Of a stretch of DNA of 64,000 bases, positions 1-11,279 are shown one piece after another (within the stretch, counting starts at the first letter, position 1; each line of letters starts with the position of its first letter). Below the pieces are notes generated by a model. It was not told where the DNA came from. It worked only from the letters and a program-made list of their open reading frames with translations, and did not search any database. The stretch covers positions 14,570,001-14,634,000 of the forward strand of contig JBHGNT010000014.1 in assembly GCA_043228905.1 (NCBI GenBank). The letters are read 5' to 3'. Origin of the DNA: Azolla caroliniana (taxonomy: Eukaryota; Plantae; Polypodiophyta). Made by a program: the position numbers and the translations under genes.

Positions 1-529
1 GCACGCGTGGATATGAGGAGCACAGTAGAGAAAAAAGCTCATAATTTCCTCGTCAGATGTCCAAATTAGAAAAGAAAAGATGCCTAATAATATCTTGAAT
101 GTGAAATTTGGGGCTAGAAAACAGAAATAGTGAGGAAAAGAAAAGTCAACTCATATAGACAAGCTTTTTTTAAGGGGAAAAAGGCAAGCAATCCTAAACC
201 TATAAATAAGAGCCTATTCTAGTGAAGAAGGGGGGAAGGGAGAAGGAACGCAAAAGCTCTACTCAATTGGAAAGTGGAAGAAGAAGGATCAACAACATTG
301 AGAGGCATCATCAACAAAGAAACTCCTTCTATACTCCACTCTCTTCTTTCCTCCACCTCTCTTCCCCCATTCATTTATAAACAATCCTTCATATTCGCAT
401 CCAACCCATTGTAACATGATTCTTATATTATAAAAGAATCTATTATATTGATGTAAACTAATGTTTTCTTTCATCTACTTGTCTTATATGTAAATCTTGA
501 TTGTGCTTATTTGTTATCGTCATTTGTGC

Positions 530-1290
530 TTATTTGTTTGTGTGTCTTGTGACAAGGGAGTGTTTCGGGCTTGCCCATCCACCTCTCCTTTCACAAAGGC
601 ATTCAAACTTACGTATCTTGCGTGTTAGTGTAAATCTTGCTTGTGTGTTCATGCGACTTGTGGCAAGGGAGTGTTCGGGCTTGCCCATGCACCTCTCCTT
701 TCACAAAGGCATTCGAAATCGTGTCTCCCATGTGTAAACCTTGCTTGTGTGTTCGTGCGACTTGTGGCAAGGGAGCGTTTGGGCTTGCCCATGGACCTCT
801 CCTTTCACAAAGGCATTCGAAATTGTGTCTCCCGTGTGTAAACCTTACTTGTGTGTTCGTACGACTTGTGGCAAGGGAGCGTTCGGGCTTGCCCATGCAC
901 CTCTCCTTTCACAAAGGCGTTCGAAATTGTTTCACCCGTGTGTAAACCTTGCTTGTGTGTTCCTGCGACTTGTGGGAAGGGAGCGTTCGGGCTTGCCCAT
1001 GCACCTCTCCTTTCAAAAAGGCGTTTGAAATTGTGTCTCTCGTGTATAAACCTTGCTTGTGTGTTCACATGTTTTGTAACAATGGAGTGTTCGGGCTTGC
1101 CCATGCACCTCTCTTTTCACAAAGGCATTCGAAACTCTATCTCTCCTGTGTGTAAGTAAGCATTTTCCTTGTGTGTCCGTGTGTAAGCCTTTCTCACATG
1201 CCTTTCTTCACCTTGTGACTAAGGGTTGATTCAGGCTTGCCCATGCACCTCTCCTTTTCACAAACACGTTCGAATACTCGTGCCTTGTTT
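530..1290. repeat. Tandem array of about 7 copies of a ~104-bp unit
   Basis: The core GGCTTGCCCATnnACCTCTCyTTT recurs near 570, 680, 784, 888, 992, 1096 and 1236. Central spacing is 104 bp; outer copies are degenerate. Confidence 0.92.
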
Positions 1291-1344
1291 GTGTAAGCCT
1301 TCCTTGTGTTGTACGTGTAAGCCCTATTTCCTTCCCGTCTATAA

Positions 1345-1844
1345 TGTTCGGAAATCGGTCTCTCCGGATGGGATTCGGTGATGAATAAAGAGGACCCGTG
1401 AGAACCGGAAGAGAAGACATATCTGTAAATATGTTTTGAGTAGGCCTATTGAGGCTATATTTGTAAATAGCCCTAAGTTCATATAAGTATAAATATGACT
1501 TAGGGCCATCACTTTGTATATGTGGTATTATTGTTGTTGTAACTATTGTACAGTGAGAGCGGCAGACAAGGAGAGGGAGAGAGAGATACAGAGTGATACT
1601 CTGTTGTAACCACCGCCTGGCGAAGAAACCGAGCTCGAGGTCGTTGCCTACGAGTCTCTAATTGTACCCCTTCTTTGCATAGTGATAGTTCGGAGTCTGT
1701 GTGCTCCCGTGGTTTTTCCCTATTAGGGTTTTCCACGTAAAAATCTTGTGTTCAATCTTTAGTTCCCATTTCTGTGTTCTCCATTCTCATCGAAGTGTTC
1801 AAGAATCGGTTGTGGCCGAGCAATATTCCACGTTTTTCTCTACA
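1345..1844 (+). repeat. 5' LTR of Copia A
   Basis: Starts TGTTCGGAAATCGG, ends TCTACA directly before the PBS; first ~330 bp repeated at 6699-7029. Confidence 0.93.
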
Positions 1845-1847
1845 AAC

Positions 1848-1859
1848 TGGTATCAGAGC
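1848..1859 (+). promoter_or_regulatory. Primer-binding site (tRNA-iMet) of Copia A
   Basis: TGGTATCAGAGC 3 nt after the LTR end. Confidence 0.92.
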
Positions 1860-1873
1860 GAACAACACAAGAG

Positions 1874-3094
1874 ATGGAAGAATCATTGCGGCATGTTCAA
1901 GCTCACCAGCTCCAACTAAATGTGGAAGTCGAAGATGAGGGATATGCTGGTGGTTAAAGATCTTTGGTTGCCGGTTCAGCTCGGGGACAAGATACTGGAT
2001 AAGATCGACACCACAATGTGGGAGGTGATGCAAATGAAGAAGACGACATACATCCGGTGCTTCATCGACATGAGCCTGTACAACAACTTCAATGAAGAGA
2101 GCAAGGCTCATGACCTCCAGGAGAGGATCGGCATCATGTTCGAGAACAAGAATGCCATTAATCAGGTTTCCGTATTCGGAAGCTAGTGAGGCTCTGGTAC
2201 CAGGACGGCTCCAGTATGGCGGAGCACACGAATGCCTTCCAGGGGCTGATACACCAAGCAACCTCGTTGGAAGTACCTCTTGCTGATGAGGCACTCGCAT
2301 TGCTCCTGCTCGGTTCCCTCCCGGATAGCTGGGAGACGTTAGTTGTCACGTTGGGTAACGCCGGACCGGAAGGAAAATAGTTGTCCCTAGCAAGGGTAAA
2401 ATCAAGCTTGCTAGATGAAGAAGCTCATCGGAAGGACCGGGAGTCCGGAACCGATCTGAAGGCCTTGGTCACGGAAGATGACCACAACCGGGGAAGAGGC
2501 CGGTATTAGAGTCCCCAAAACCGGGACAAATCGGGGATGAGGTCGAAGTCAAGGGGGAGGCCCACGTGCTTCTATTGTGGGAAGCCGGGACACTTCCAGA
2601 AGAACTGTCGGCATTTCCGGAAGGAGAAAGAAACTAGCACTACCGATTCGCAGAAGAGTTCGGACCGAAGAGGCCTGGATCGGAAAGGAACGTCGGCGAT
2701 TGCGACAAGTGAAGAAGAATTGATGCTCATTACCTAAAAGAATGAGTTAAACCTTGTCGGCGACGAAACAACATGGGTTGTCGATTCTGGAGTGTCGTTC
2801 CACCTGACACCGGACCAAAAATGCTTCTCATCCTACACAGCCAGTGATCATGGTTGTGTCCGGATGGGGAATGAAGGTACATGCCGAATTGTCGGCATAG
2901 GAGATGTGTTGTTGACAACATCAACCGGATGCAAGTTGCTACTGAAGGATGTCTGACACGTTGTCGCGTTGTTACGCGCGTGCGTGGAGAAAGGCGGGAC
3001 CACGGGGGTCATGGACTAGAGAGTGATGGAGCGTAGGAAGTCGTGCTTCACTGTTTCTGGGGCATCCCAGAGACACACCGGAAGCAACCGAAGG

Positions 3095-3128
<34 letters not shown>

Positions 3129-6100
3129 TTAACACCGACTCACGCACACGCACACGCACACACGCACAACCCGACTCACGCCTTATGTACAGAAAACGCA
3201 GGAAAGGGTAAGCACCCGACGCCAACAACGACGCGAATATACACAGACAAACGTATATATATATATATATATGAAGGGAAGAATACATTCCCGGCGTCGA
3301 GCCGGACTGACGTAGGTTACAGTAGTCGTCTGCTGTCAAGCCGCCGTCTGGGAGCTCTCAGCTCGTCGCGCCGAGCGGGGTCTTGCACAGGAAGCCGAAC
3401 CAAGCAAACCCTAAGAGAAACACGCAGAAGGAGAAGAAGAAGAACCTAACTCTAAACCTAACGGTATACCCTCTAATGCAAAATGGGCAACCCTTACACA
3501 AAGGGTGTTCCCTTCCTTTTATAGAACAAGGAAAGAGATGTGTTACAATGTGGGACAAATCCCGACTTACATGGGATCGTCTGTCCCGACTTGACTACTC
3601 TTCGGCGCCATAAAGGCGCCCTCGATATTCACACTAAATGTACACGGGTGCGTACACACTCTGCACTCCGCCGATGTAGCCAATGTTCCACGGTTTCCGC
3701 CTCTGGCCGAAATTCTTCACAACAACGTTCCGGAGGTTCGACTGAACCTGATATCAGCCAGTCGGCTAGATGATGAAGGCTACACGGGTAGCATCCGGAA
3801 CGGAGTCATGAAGTTCAGCAAAGGGAGTCTAATAGTGGCTCGAGCCCGGAAGGTCAACACGTCATACTTGATGCATGCCCAGATATGCCGGGAAGAAGTG
3901 AACGTAGCATCCGACATTGCCGATGAGTTGTGGCACAAAAGACTGTGTCACATGAGTGAGAAGGGGATGAAGAGGCTTGCCGAAGACAACCTCATTCCAG
4001 TGAAGGACGTGCAACTTGAGAAGTGCACCGACTGCTTGGCAGGCAAGCAAAACCACACCTCCTTCCGGTCAAGACCATCGATGAGACGGAATGCACCATT
4101 GGAGCTGGTGCATACTGATGTGTGTCAAGTGGACATGAAGTCACATGCCGGATCACAATACTTTGTGACGTTCATAGATGACCACAATCGGAAGCTGTGG
4201 GTTTCATCATTGAAGACAAAGGATCAGGTGCTATCCGTATTCAAGCAGCTCCACACGAGGGTGGAAAGAGAAACCGACCGGAAGCTGAAGGTGGTTCGAG
4301 CAGGTAACGGAGGAGAATACCGGGGGCAGTTCGAGGAGTACTATCGGTCAAAGGGAATCCGGCTCGAGTTTACTGTGCCGAAGACACCAGAACTAAACGG
4401 GTTGGCTGAAAGGATAAACCAAACCATAATGGAGAGAGTTCAGAGCATGCTAGCTAGCACATGCAAAGTTACCCAAGACGTTTTGGGCTGAGGCGCTGAC
4501 GATGGTGACCTATGTGATAAATAGATCACCCTCAATACCCTTGGAAGGAGACTCACCTCGGAATGTATGGACCGGTAAAGATGTATCCTACCGGCATCTG
4601 AAGGTGTCCGGGTGTCTCGCATATGTGCATGTTGCAAAGGACAAGAGAGCAAAGCTGGATCCGAAGTCCAGGCCATGCATATTCCTTGGATACCGCGATG
4701 ATGAGTTCAGTTACCGAGTGTGGGATCTGGTCGACAAGAAGGTGTTCCAGAGTCAAGACATAGTCTTCATGGAAGACAGGATCATTGCCGACTGGGAGTC
4801 GGAGAAGAATGTGATGAACTCCGGATCATTCATTGAAAACCGGCTCGAGGACACAAGGACTTACCCGATTGAAAACCGGACGCTAGCCGGTAACCTGATG
4901 ACACTCGACGAACCGGTCGGATACGGACAAGAAACCGAACCGACCGAAGAAGAAGAAGAAGACACCAGAACCGGACAAGATCCCGAATCGAATTTGGATG
5001 AGGAACAAATGGAGGAACCGGCACTCAGAAACCAGGGATGGAGATATCCTCTCCGGGAGAGAAGAGCCCCCCGGAGATTTCCGGATGCAGAGCATGTGTT
5101 GCTAACCGATGAGGGGGAGCCGAAAAGCTTCGAAGAAGCAAAGAGAGACACCCACAACCGCAAGTGGTTGAGTGCCATGCAAGATGAGATGGATTCCCTA
5201 CATGAGAACCACACATAAGAATTGACGGAGTTGCCAAAAGGGAAGAGAGCACTCTGGAATAAGTGGGTGTACAAGTTGAAAGCGGGAGATGCCAGAAATC
5301 CACCTAGGTATAAGGCCCAAATTGTGGTGAAGGACTTCCAGCAGAAGAAAGGAGTGGATTTTGATGAGATCTTTGCCCCGGTAGTAAAGATGACATCCAT
5401 CCGGACGGTATTGGGCATAGCGGCAAGCATGGACCTCAAGGTAGAGCAACTGGATGTCAAGATGGCATTCCTACATGGCGACCTCGAAGAAGAAATCTAC
5501 ATACACCAACCAAAAGGATTTGAGAGGAAAGGGAAGGAGCACCTGGTGTGCTGGCTGAAGAAGAGCCTATACGGACTGAAGCAAGCCCCCCAACAATGGT
5601 ACTGGAAGTTTGACTCCTTCATGAACGACCAAGGGTACCACAAAACACAAGCCGATCACTGTGTGTTTTTGAAGAAATTTGAAAGAGGAGATTTCCTGAT
5701 ACTCCTCCTATATGTGGATGATATGTTGATCGTCAGACGAGACCAAGGCAAGATTCGGATGTTGAAGAAGGCTCTGAACCGAACCTTCTCAATGAAAGAC
5801 TTGGGTCTGGCAAGATAGATATTGGGAATGCACATTATCCGGGACCAGTTGAAGAAGCTGTTGTGGCTATCATAGGAGAAGTATGTGACAAAGGTGCTTC
5901 AACGGTTCAACATGTCGGAGGCGAAACCGGTCGGATCGACACTTTCAACAAACTCCAAGCTATCTGGAAAACAAAGGCCAAGGACAAAGGTGGAGAAGAT
6001 GGATATGATGAAGATACCATATGCCTCTACCGTCGGGAGCATGATGTACACAATGGTATGTACCTGGCCGGATATCGGATATGTAGTCGGAGTGGTGAAC

Positions 6101-6688
6101 CGTTTCATGAGTAATCCCGGCAAAGAGCACTGGAACGCGGTCAAGTGGATACTCTGGTATCTGAAAGGCACCTCAAGTATGTGCCTCCGATTTGGCTCTG
6201 AAAAACTCCAACTCGATGGTTTCACGGATTCAAATATGTCGGCTGATGCAGATACTAGCCGGTCGACATCCGGATATGTCATGACTTATGCAGGGGGAGC
6301 TGTTTCGTGGCAATCGAGGTTGCAGAAGACAGTTGCATTGTCAACCACGGAGGCGGAGTACATGGCACCTGTAGAAGCCGGCAAGGAGATAATCTGGATG
6401 AAGGACTTCATCGGAGAGCTAGGGATCCAACAGGAGGAATACCGGCTCTACTGTGATTGTCAAAGCGCCATCCACCTTGCAAAGAACGCGGCCTACCATT
6501 CCCGGATGAAACATATCCAGTGGAGGTACCACTGGATCTGGGAGAGAGTAGAAGATCGGTAATTCGTGCTGACAAAGATCCACACGGAGGAGAACGAGTC
6601 GGACATGTTGACCAAGGTCCTGACAACCGACAAGCTAGACGTGTGCCGAAAGTGGATCGGGCTGACAAGATATCCCATGCCGGAGTGA
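1874..6688 (+). pseudogene. Copia A gag-pol polyprotein with multiple stops/frameshifts, interrupted by a solo LTR
   Basis: ORF fragments 1920-2186, 2186-2380, 2537-2737, 3808-4491, 4502-5218, 5222-5818 and 5885-6562 are collinear gag, zinc knuckle, INT, RT and RNase H pieces. Confidence 0.92.
2962..3724 (-). mobile_element. Solo LTR (763 bp) with 4-bp TSD ACGT inside Copia A
   Basis: TGTCGCG...CACAACA termini; ACGT at 2958-2961 and 3725-3728; removing it restores the Copia DV-HVPEVRLNL reading. CTATAAAAGG on the minus strand near 3515 suggests orientation. Confidence 0.88.
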
Positions 6689-6698
6689 AGGGGGAGAT

Positions 6699-7029
6699 TG
6701 TTGGGAAATCGGTCTCTCCGGATGGGATCCGGTGATGAATAAAGAGGACCTGGTGAGAACCGGAAGAGAAGACATATCTGTAAATATGTTTTGAGTAGGC
6801 CTATTGAGGCTATATTTGTAAATATCCCTAAGTTCATATAAATATAAATATGACTTAGGGCAATCACTTTGTATATGTGGTATTATTGTTGTTGTAATTG
6901 TTGTATAGTGAGAGCGACAGACAGGGAGAGGGAGAGAGAGATACAGAGCGATACTCTATTGTAACTGCCGCCTGGCGAAGAAACCAAGCTTGAGGTCGTT
7001 TCCTACGAGTCTCTAATTGTACCCCTTCT
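6699..7029 (+). repeat. Truncated 3' LTR of Copia A
   Basis: Matches 1345-~1674, then switches abruptly to minus-strand RT sequence. Confidence 0.9.
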
Positions 7030-7960
7030 CTTTCTCGAACTATGTGCATCCCCAAGATCTGTTTAGCCGGTCCAAGATCTTTCATGGCAAACGATTTGCC
7101 TAGAGCTTTCTTCAAGCTTTTGATCTTCCTTGTATCTTGACCGACTATCAACATGTCATCTACATATAATAAGTGAATTAAGAAGTCACCTTCGTCGTAC
7201 CTTTAAACAAACACATAGTAATCCGCCTGTGTTTTCTGGAACCCATGTTCCACCATGAAGGATTCGAACTTCTTGTACCACTGGCGTGGATCTTGTTTCA
7301 GACCATACAAGCTTTTCTTCAGTCGACACACCAGGTTCTCTTTCCCTTTCTCCTCAAATCCTTCGGGTTGTTGCATGTAGATCTCTTCATCCAGCTCCCC
7401 ATACAAGAATGTTGTCTTGACATCCAACTGTAGTTATGCTGGTAGTTATGCTTAGAACAGTTCGGATGGATGTCATCTTCAGGACTAGTGCAAAAATCTC
7501 GTCGAAGCCGACACCCTTTTTCTATTGGAACCCCATCACCACTATGCGGGCTTTATACCGAAGCTCTTTGTCAACTTATCCAGTCTTCATCTTATAGACC
7601 CATTTGTTCCTAAGGGCTCTCTTACCTTTCCATAATTCTACCAAGTCGTAGGTGTATTTTTCATGCCAGGAGTCCATCTCGTCTGTCATTGCACTCAACC
7701 ATCTTTCTCTGTGCTTGTCGGCAATGGCTTCGCCATAGCACTCTGGCTCATCTTCATTAGTCAAGAGGATGTATTGACTGGCATATGTTGTTGGTGATCT
7801 TCTCTCTCTAAGATGGTATCTCCTTCCATTCATCATTGGCTCCGGCTCAGATGTCTCTGCCAACTCTTCTCTCGGCTCGGGTTCATTCATGTCTATCGGT
7901 TGTCGGTTGTCCATTGATTCCGATTCATATTCATCGATCAACTTCAATAGGTCTTTCGAG
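7030..7960 (-). pseudogene. Copia B reverse transcriptase remnant
   Basis: ORF pieces 7576-7947, 7203-7427 and part of 6864-7154 encode Copia RT motifs. Confidence 0.88.
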
Positions 7961-8308
7961 TGAGTACCCCTTTTGCTCCAGTGAGTACCCCACGAGGATG
8001 CACTTCTCTAATTTTGGGTCACGCTTCTGCCGCTTCTCATCAGGAATGTGCACGTCTGCAATGGAGCCGAATATCCTTATATGGGATATATCTGACTTCT
8101 TCCCATAGTATTTCTCATGTGGGGTGACCTTGTGCACTCCGGATGTTGTGCACCAGTTCATGAGGTAAACAACGGTATTTGCAGCTTCTGCCCAATATAA
8201 CTTGGGCATATGCTTCTCATTTAGCATGGCCCTTGCTACTTCGAGGGTGTGTTGATTCTTGCATTCGGCTACACCGTTCTGTTGCGGTGTGTGTCGGCAA
8301 GTGAATTC

Positions 8309-9772
8309 TCACTGAATTCCCTCTTGTCGAAGGTATGTCGTGAACGCATCAGAGAAGTATTCCTTTCCTCTGTACGACCGAAGACATTGTACATGGCGGC
8401 CAGTTGTCTTTTCGACTTTGCTTTTGAATTTTTGGAAGTGTGAAAACACTTCACTCTTCATCCTCATGGGGAAGATCCATGTGTATCTATAGAAGTCGTC
8501 GATGAAGGTAACATAGTGGTTGTGGCCGTCTGTGCCGGTCTGTGTCGGTCCCCACACATCCGAATGGACTACGTCCAATAGGCCTTTGCTCACGTTCCTC
8601 TCCTTCGGGAACAGGTGTCGATGTTGCTTGCCGAATTGGCATGCTTCACATACTCCGCCAATCTCTTTCTCTTTGAAGGTCGAGAGCCCAATGATGATTC
8701 CTTTCGATTGCATCGCCTTGAGTTTGTTGAGATTGATATGGCCGATTATTTTATGCCATAGCTCTATGTCGGTGTCGACTTTGAGGCCCTTTGCAAACAT
8801 GGCCGATTTTACCTCATTCACTTCAAGGATAAACATTCCGCCTTCCCTTCGACCACGAGCAATTAGTCGGCCTTCCTTCTCGATGAAACAACCACCTTGG
8901 TTGAATCGAACTTGCATCCCTTGCTCCAGAATTTGGCCGACTGAGACCAAATTCTTCATTATGGTGGGTACATGTAAGACATTTTTTATGCAACTTTGTT
9001 CACCTTCTTTCCCGAATGGGACATTGCCGACATGCCGAATCAGATGAGTGGTGTCGTCTCCGCTCTCGACATAACCAAGTCGATCCAGCTCTTGAAGGTT
9101 TTTGAACCATTCTTGATGGGACGTCATATGGTTCGAAGCACCGGAGTCGACGAACCATACATCTTCCAGATTGGAGGCATTAATCGAAGTAGAGGCCGAC
9201 ATAGAATTTGCTCTATGTCTCATCACGAACATTCCGCCATGGTCTTCATAATCGGAGTTGGTGGTGTAATTTGTGAGTTGTCGGCTTGTGGAAGCCGACT
9301 CACGCTTCTTCTTTCGGCATTCTTCTTCGTGGTGACTGATTTTGCCGCAATATCCACATTCAATCGAGTTTTGTTGGCTCGAACCGGAATGGAAGCTCCC
9401 CCTTCTTCCAAAGGTTCCTCGATGTCCTCGTCCGCCTCGTCCTTGGCCGAATTGGCCTCTTGCTCGGCTGCATCCTCTTCCTCCATTTGAATGTGTGTAG
9501 AGCATGTGGCCTTCCGAGGTGTTGCTCCTTGTTCGAACATGGTTTTCTTCAACCAACAACATGGATTGAAGATCGAAGAAAGAGGGAAGATTCTCCCTTG
9601 CTAGGATGGTGGCTCTCATCACGCCGAACCGTGGTGCAAGGCCGCCGAGGCATATTTGCACCATCTCATCATCATCCACATTGACGCTTATTGAGTCGAG
9701 CGAGTCACAAAGCTCCTTGATCTTCAAGGTGTAGGTTGTGATGGACATGTCCCGTTGTTGGATGTTGTTCAA
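8309..9772 (-). pseudogene. Copia C gag/zinc knuckle/protease/integrase fragment
   Basis: CGYCGKISHHEEEC, WFVDSGASNHM, WHKIIGH..CEAC, HSDVWGP, FIDD. Confidence 0.9.
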
Positions 9773-10290
9773 CTCTTGTCAGAGTTGAAGCTTTCTCGCG
9801 GTTGTGTTGGCAACGAAAATTTGTAGATTCTCCCACACTTCCTTTGGCGTCTCGGCTTCTCAAATGTAGCCAACATGTGTTCATGAACACATGTCGCCAA
9901 GCAATACGTTACTCGACTCACCGCTTGCTCTTATCGGAACCAAGAGAAAAGATAGAGTGGTAGAAGAAAGATGTAAAGAGATCACGAGAAGAGAGGAATG
10001 AAGTGAGAAGAGAAGAATGAATGTATTAGTAAGATAGAACGAAGATGGATACAAGAAAGGTGACGAAAGCTTAAGACTGGTGTTGATTTGAATTGGTTTG
10101 AGAAGAATTGTATGTCCATATTTATAGGTTCCTATAGAATAGCCTAGTGATTTCTATAATGTTCTAGAATGTTCTAGACCTAGAATATTCTAAGATGTTC
10201 TAGGATATTCTAGAATGTTCTAGAATGTTCTAGAACATTTACAATAATCAATATATTACAAGAAGTAGCTTTTATTTTATACAATCATAT

Positions 10291-11165
10291 TGACGGGAAC
10301 TACACGCTCCGGTGAATGATGCTCAGCCACAACCGAGTCTAAAATCAAACACAGAAAAACAGGTAATGTACGCACGACACAAAGGTGAGAGAGGAGTGCA
10401 CAGGATGTTTACGTGGAAAACCCAAACTAAGGGAAAAACCACGGCAGCCCACAGGCTGCAAACTATCACTATGTTAGAATGTACAACAGTGAGTTCACGG
10501 AGGCAACGACCTCGTGCTCACGATCTTCGCCACAGGCGGCGGTTACAACAGAGGCAACAACCTCTTCCTCTCTCTCTTACTCTCTGTACATTGTTACACG
10601 CACTCTCTTCTTACACCAACAAGAAATAACAACAACTCTACATCACACACTATAAGTTTGCCCTAAGTCATATTTATACTAATATAACTTTTCGGCTATT
10701 TACAAATATAGCCTTGATGGACTCTCAGAAACATATTTACGAATATGTCTCTTCATCCGATGAGCACTCCTCACCGGGTCTACACCATCCGGCTCTCCGT
10801 AGCCGGGTACTCCTCATCCGGTTCTCACCGGGTCTGCACCATCCGGCTCTCCGTAGCCGGGTACTCCTCATCCGGTTCTCATCGGGTCTGCACCATCCGA
10901 CTCTCCGAAGCCGGGTACTCCTCATCCGGTTCTCACCGGGTCTGCACCATCTGGCTTTCCGTAGCCGAGTACTCCTCATCCAGTTCTCACCGGGTCTGCA
11001 CCATCCGGCTCTCCAAAGCCGAGTACTCCTCATCCGGTTCTCACCGGGTCTGCACCATCCGGCTCTTCGTAGTCAGGTACTCGTCATACGGTTTCGGCCT
11101 CGGCCGAGTTTGTTCATCAGCACTGTTCTTCTCTCTTCCCATCCGGAGGGACCTGTCTCCCAACA
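10291..11165 (-). mobile_element. Solo Copia-type LTR (875 bp), TSD CATAT
   Basis: TG..CA termini; CATAT at 10286-10290 and 11166-11170; resembles the LTR family of elements A, E and F. Confidence 0.92.
10771..11094. repeat. Six tandem copies of a 54-bp unit within the solo LTR
   Basis: TCACCGGGTCTGCACCATCCGGCTCTCCGTAGCCGGGTACTCCTCATCCGGTTC starting at 10771, 10825, 10879, 10933, 10987 and 11041. Confidence 0.93.
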
Positions 11166-11279
11166 CATATGCTATCCTAATGGTTAGGTTCTTGATTATG
11201 TATTACAAAATCTTGGGTTCAAGCCCAAGTGAAGCCATGATGCTTATGTATTTATGACACTATCTCCCCTTCGAGAACG

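Larger units (their letters stand above)
1345..7029 (+). mobile_element. Ty1/Copia LTR retrotransposon A (Tnt1/Tork-like), degenerate, 3' LTR truncated
   Basis: 5' LTR TG..CA 1345-1844, PBS TGGTATCAGAGC, gag-PR-INT-RT-RH order (CFYCGKPGHFQKNC, WHKRLCH, HTDV, YVDD, GAVSWQSRLQ), PPT GAAGGGGGAGAT, second LTR from 6699. Confidence 0.95.
9932..11259 (-). repeat. 3' LTR of the chromovirus, split by a solo LTR
   Basis: 9932-10290 plus 11166-11259 align with 22951-23401. Confidence 0.9.

Noticed and set aside
501-1159. Overlapping Cys-rich ORFs, or a CRISPR-like array
   Set aside because: They are translations of the 104-bp tandem repeat; there are no unique spacers and the DNA is eukaryotic.
10714-11257. 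157-170 aa repetitive ORFs
   Set aside because: Produced by the 54-bp repeat inside a solo LTR.
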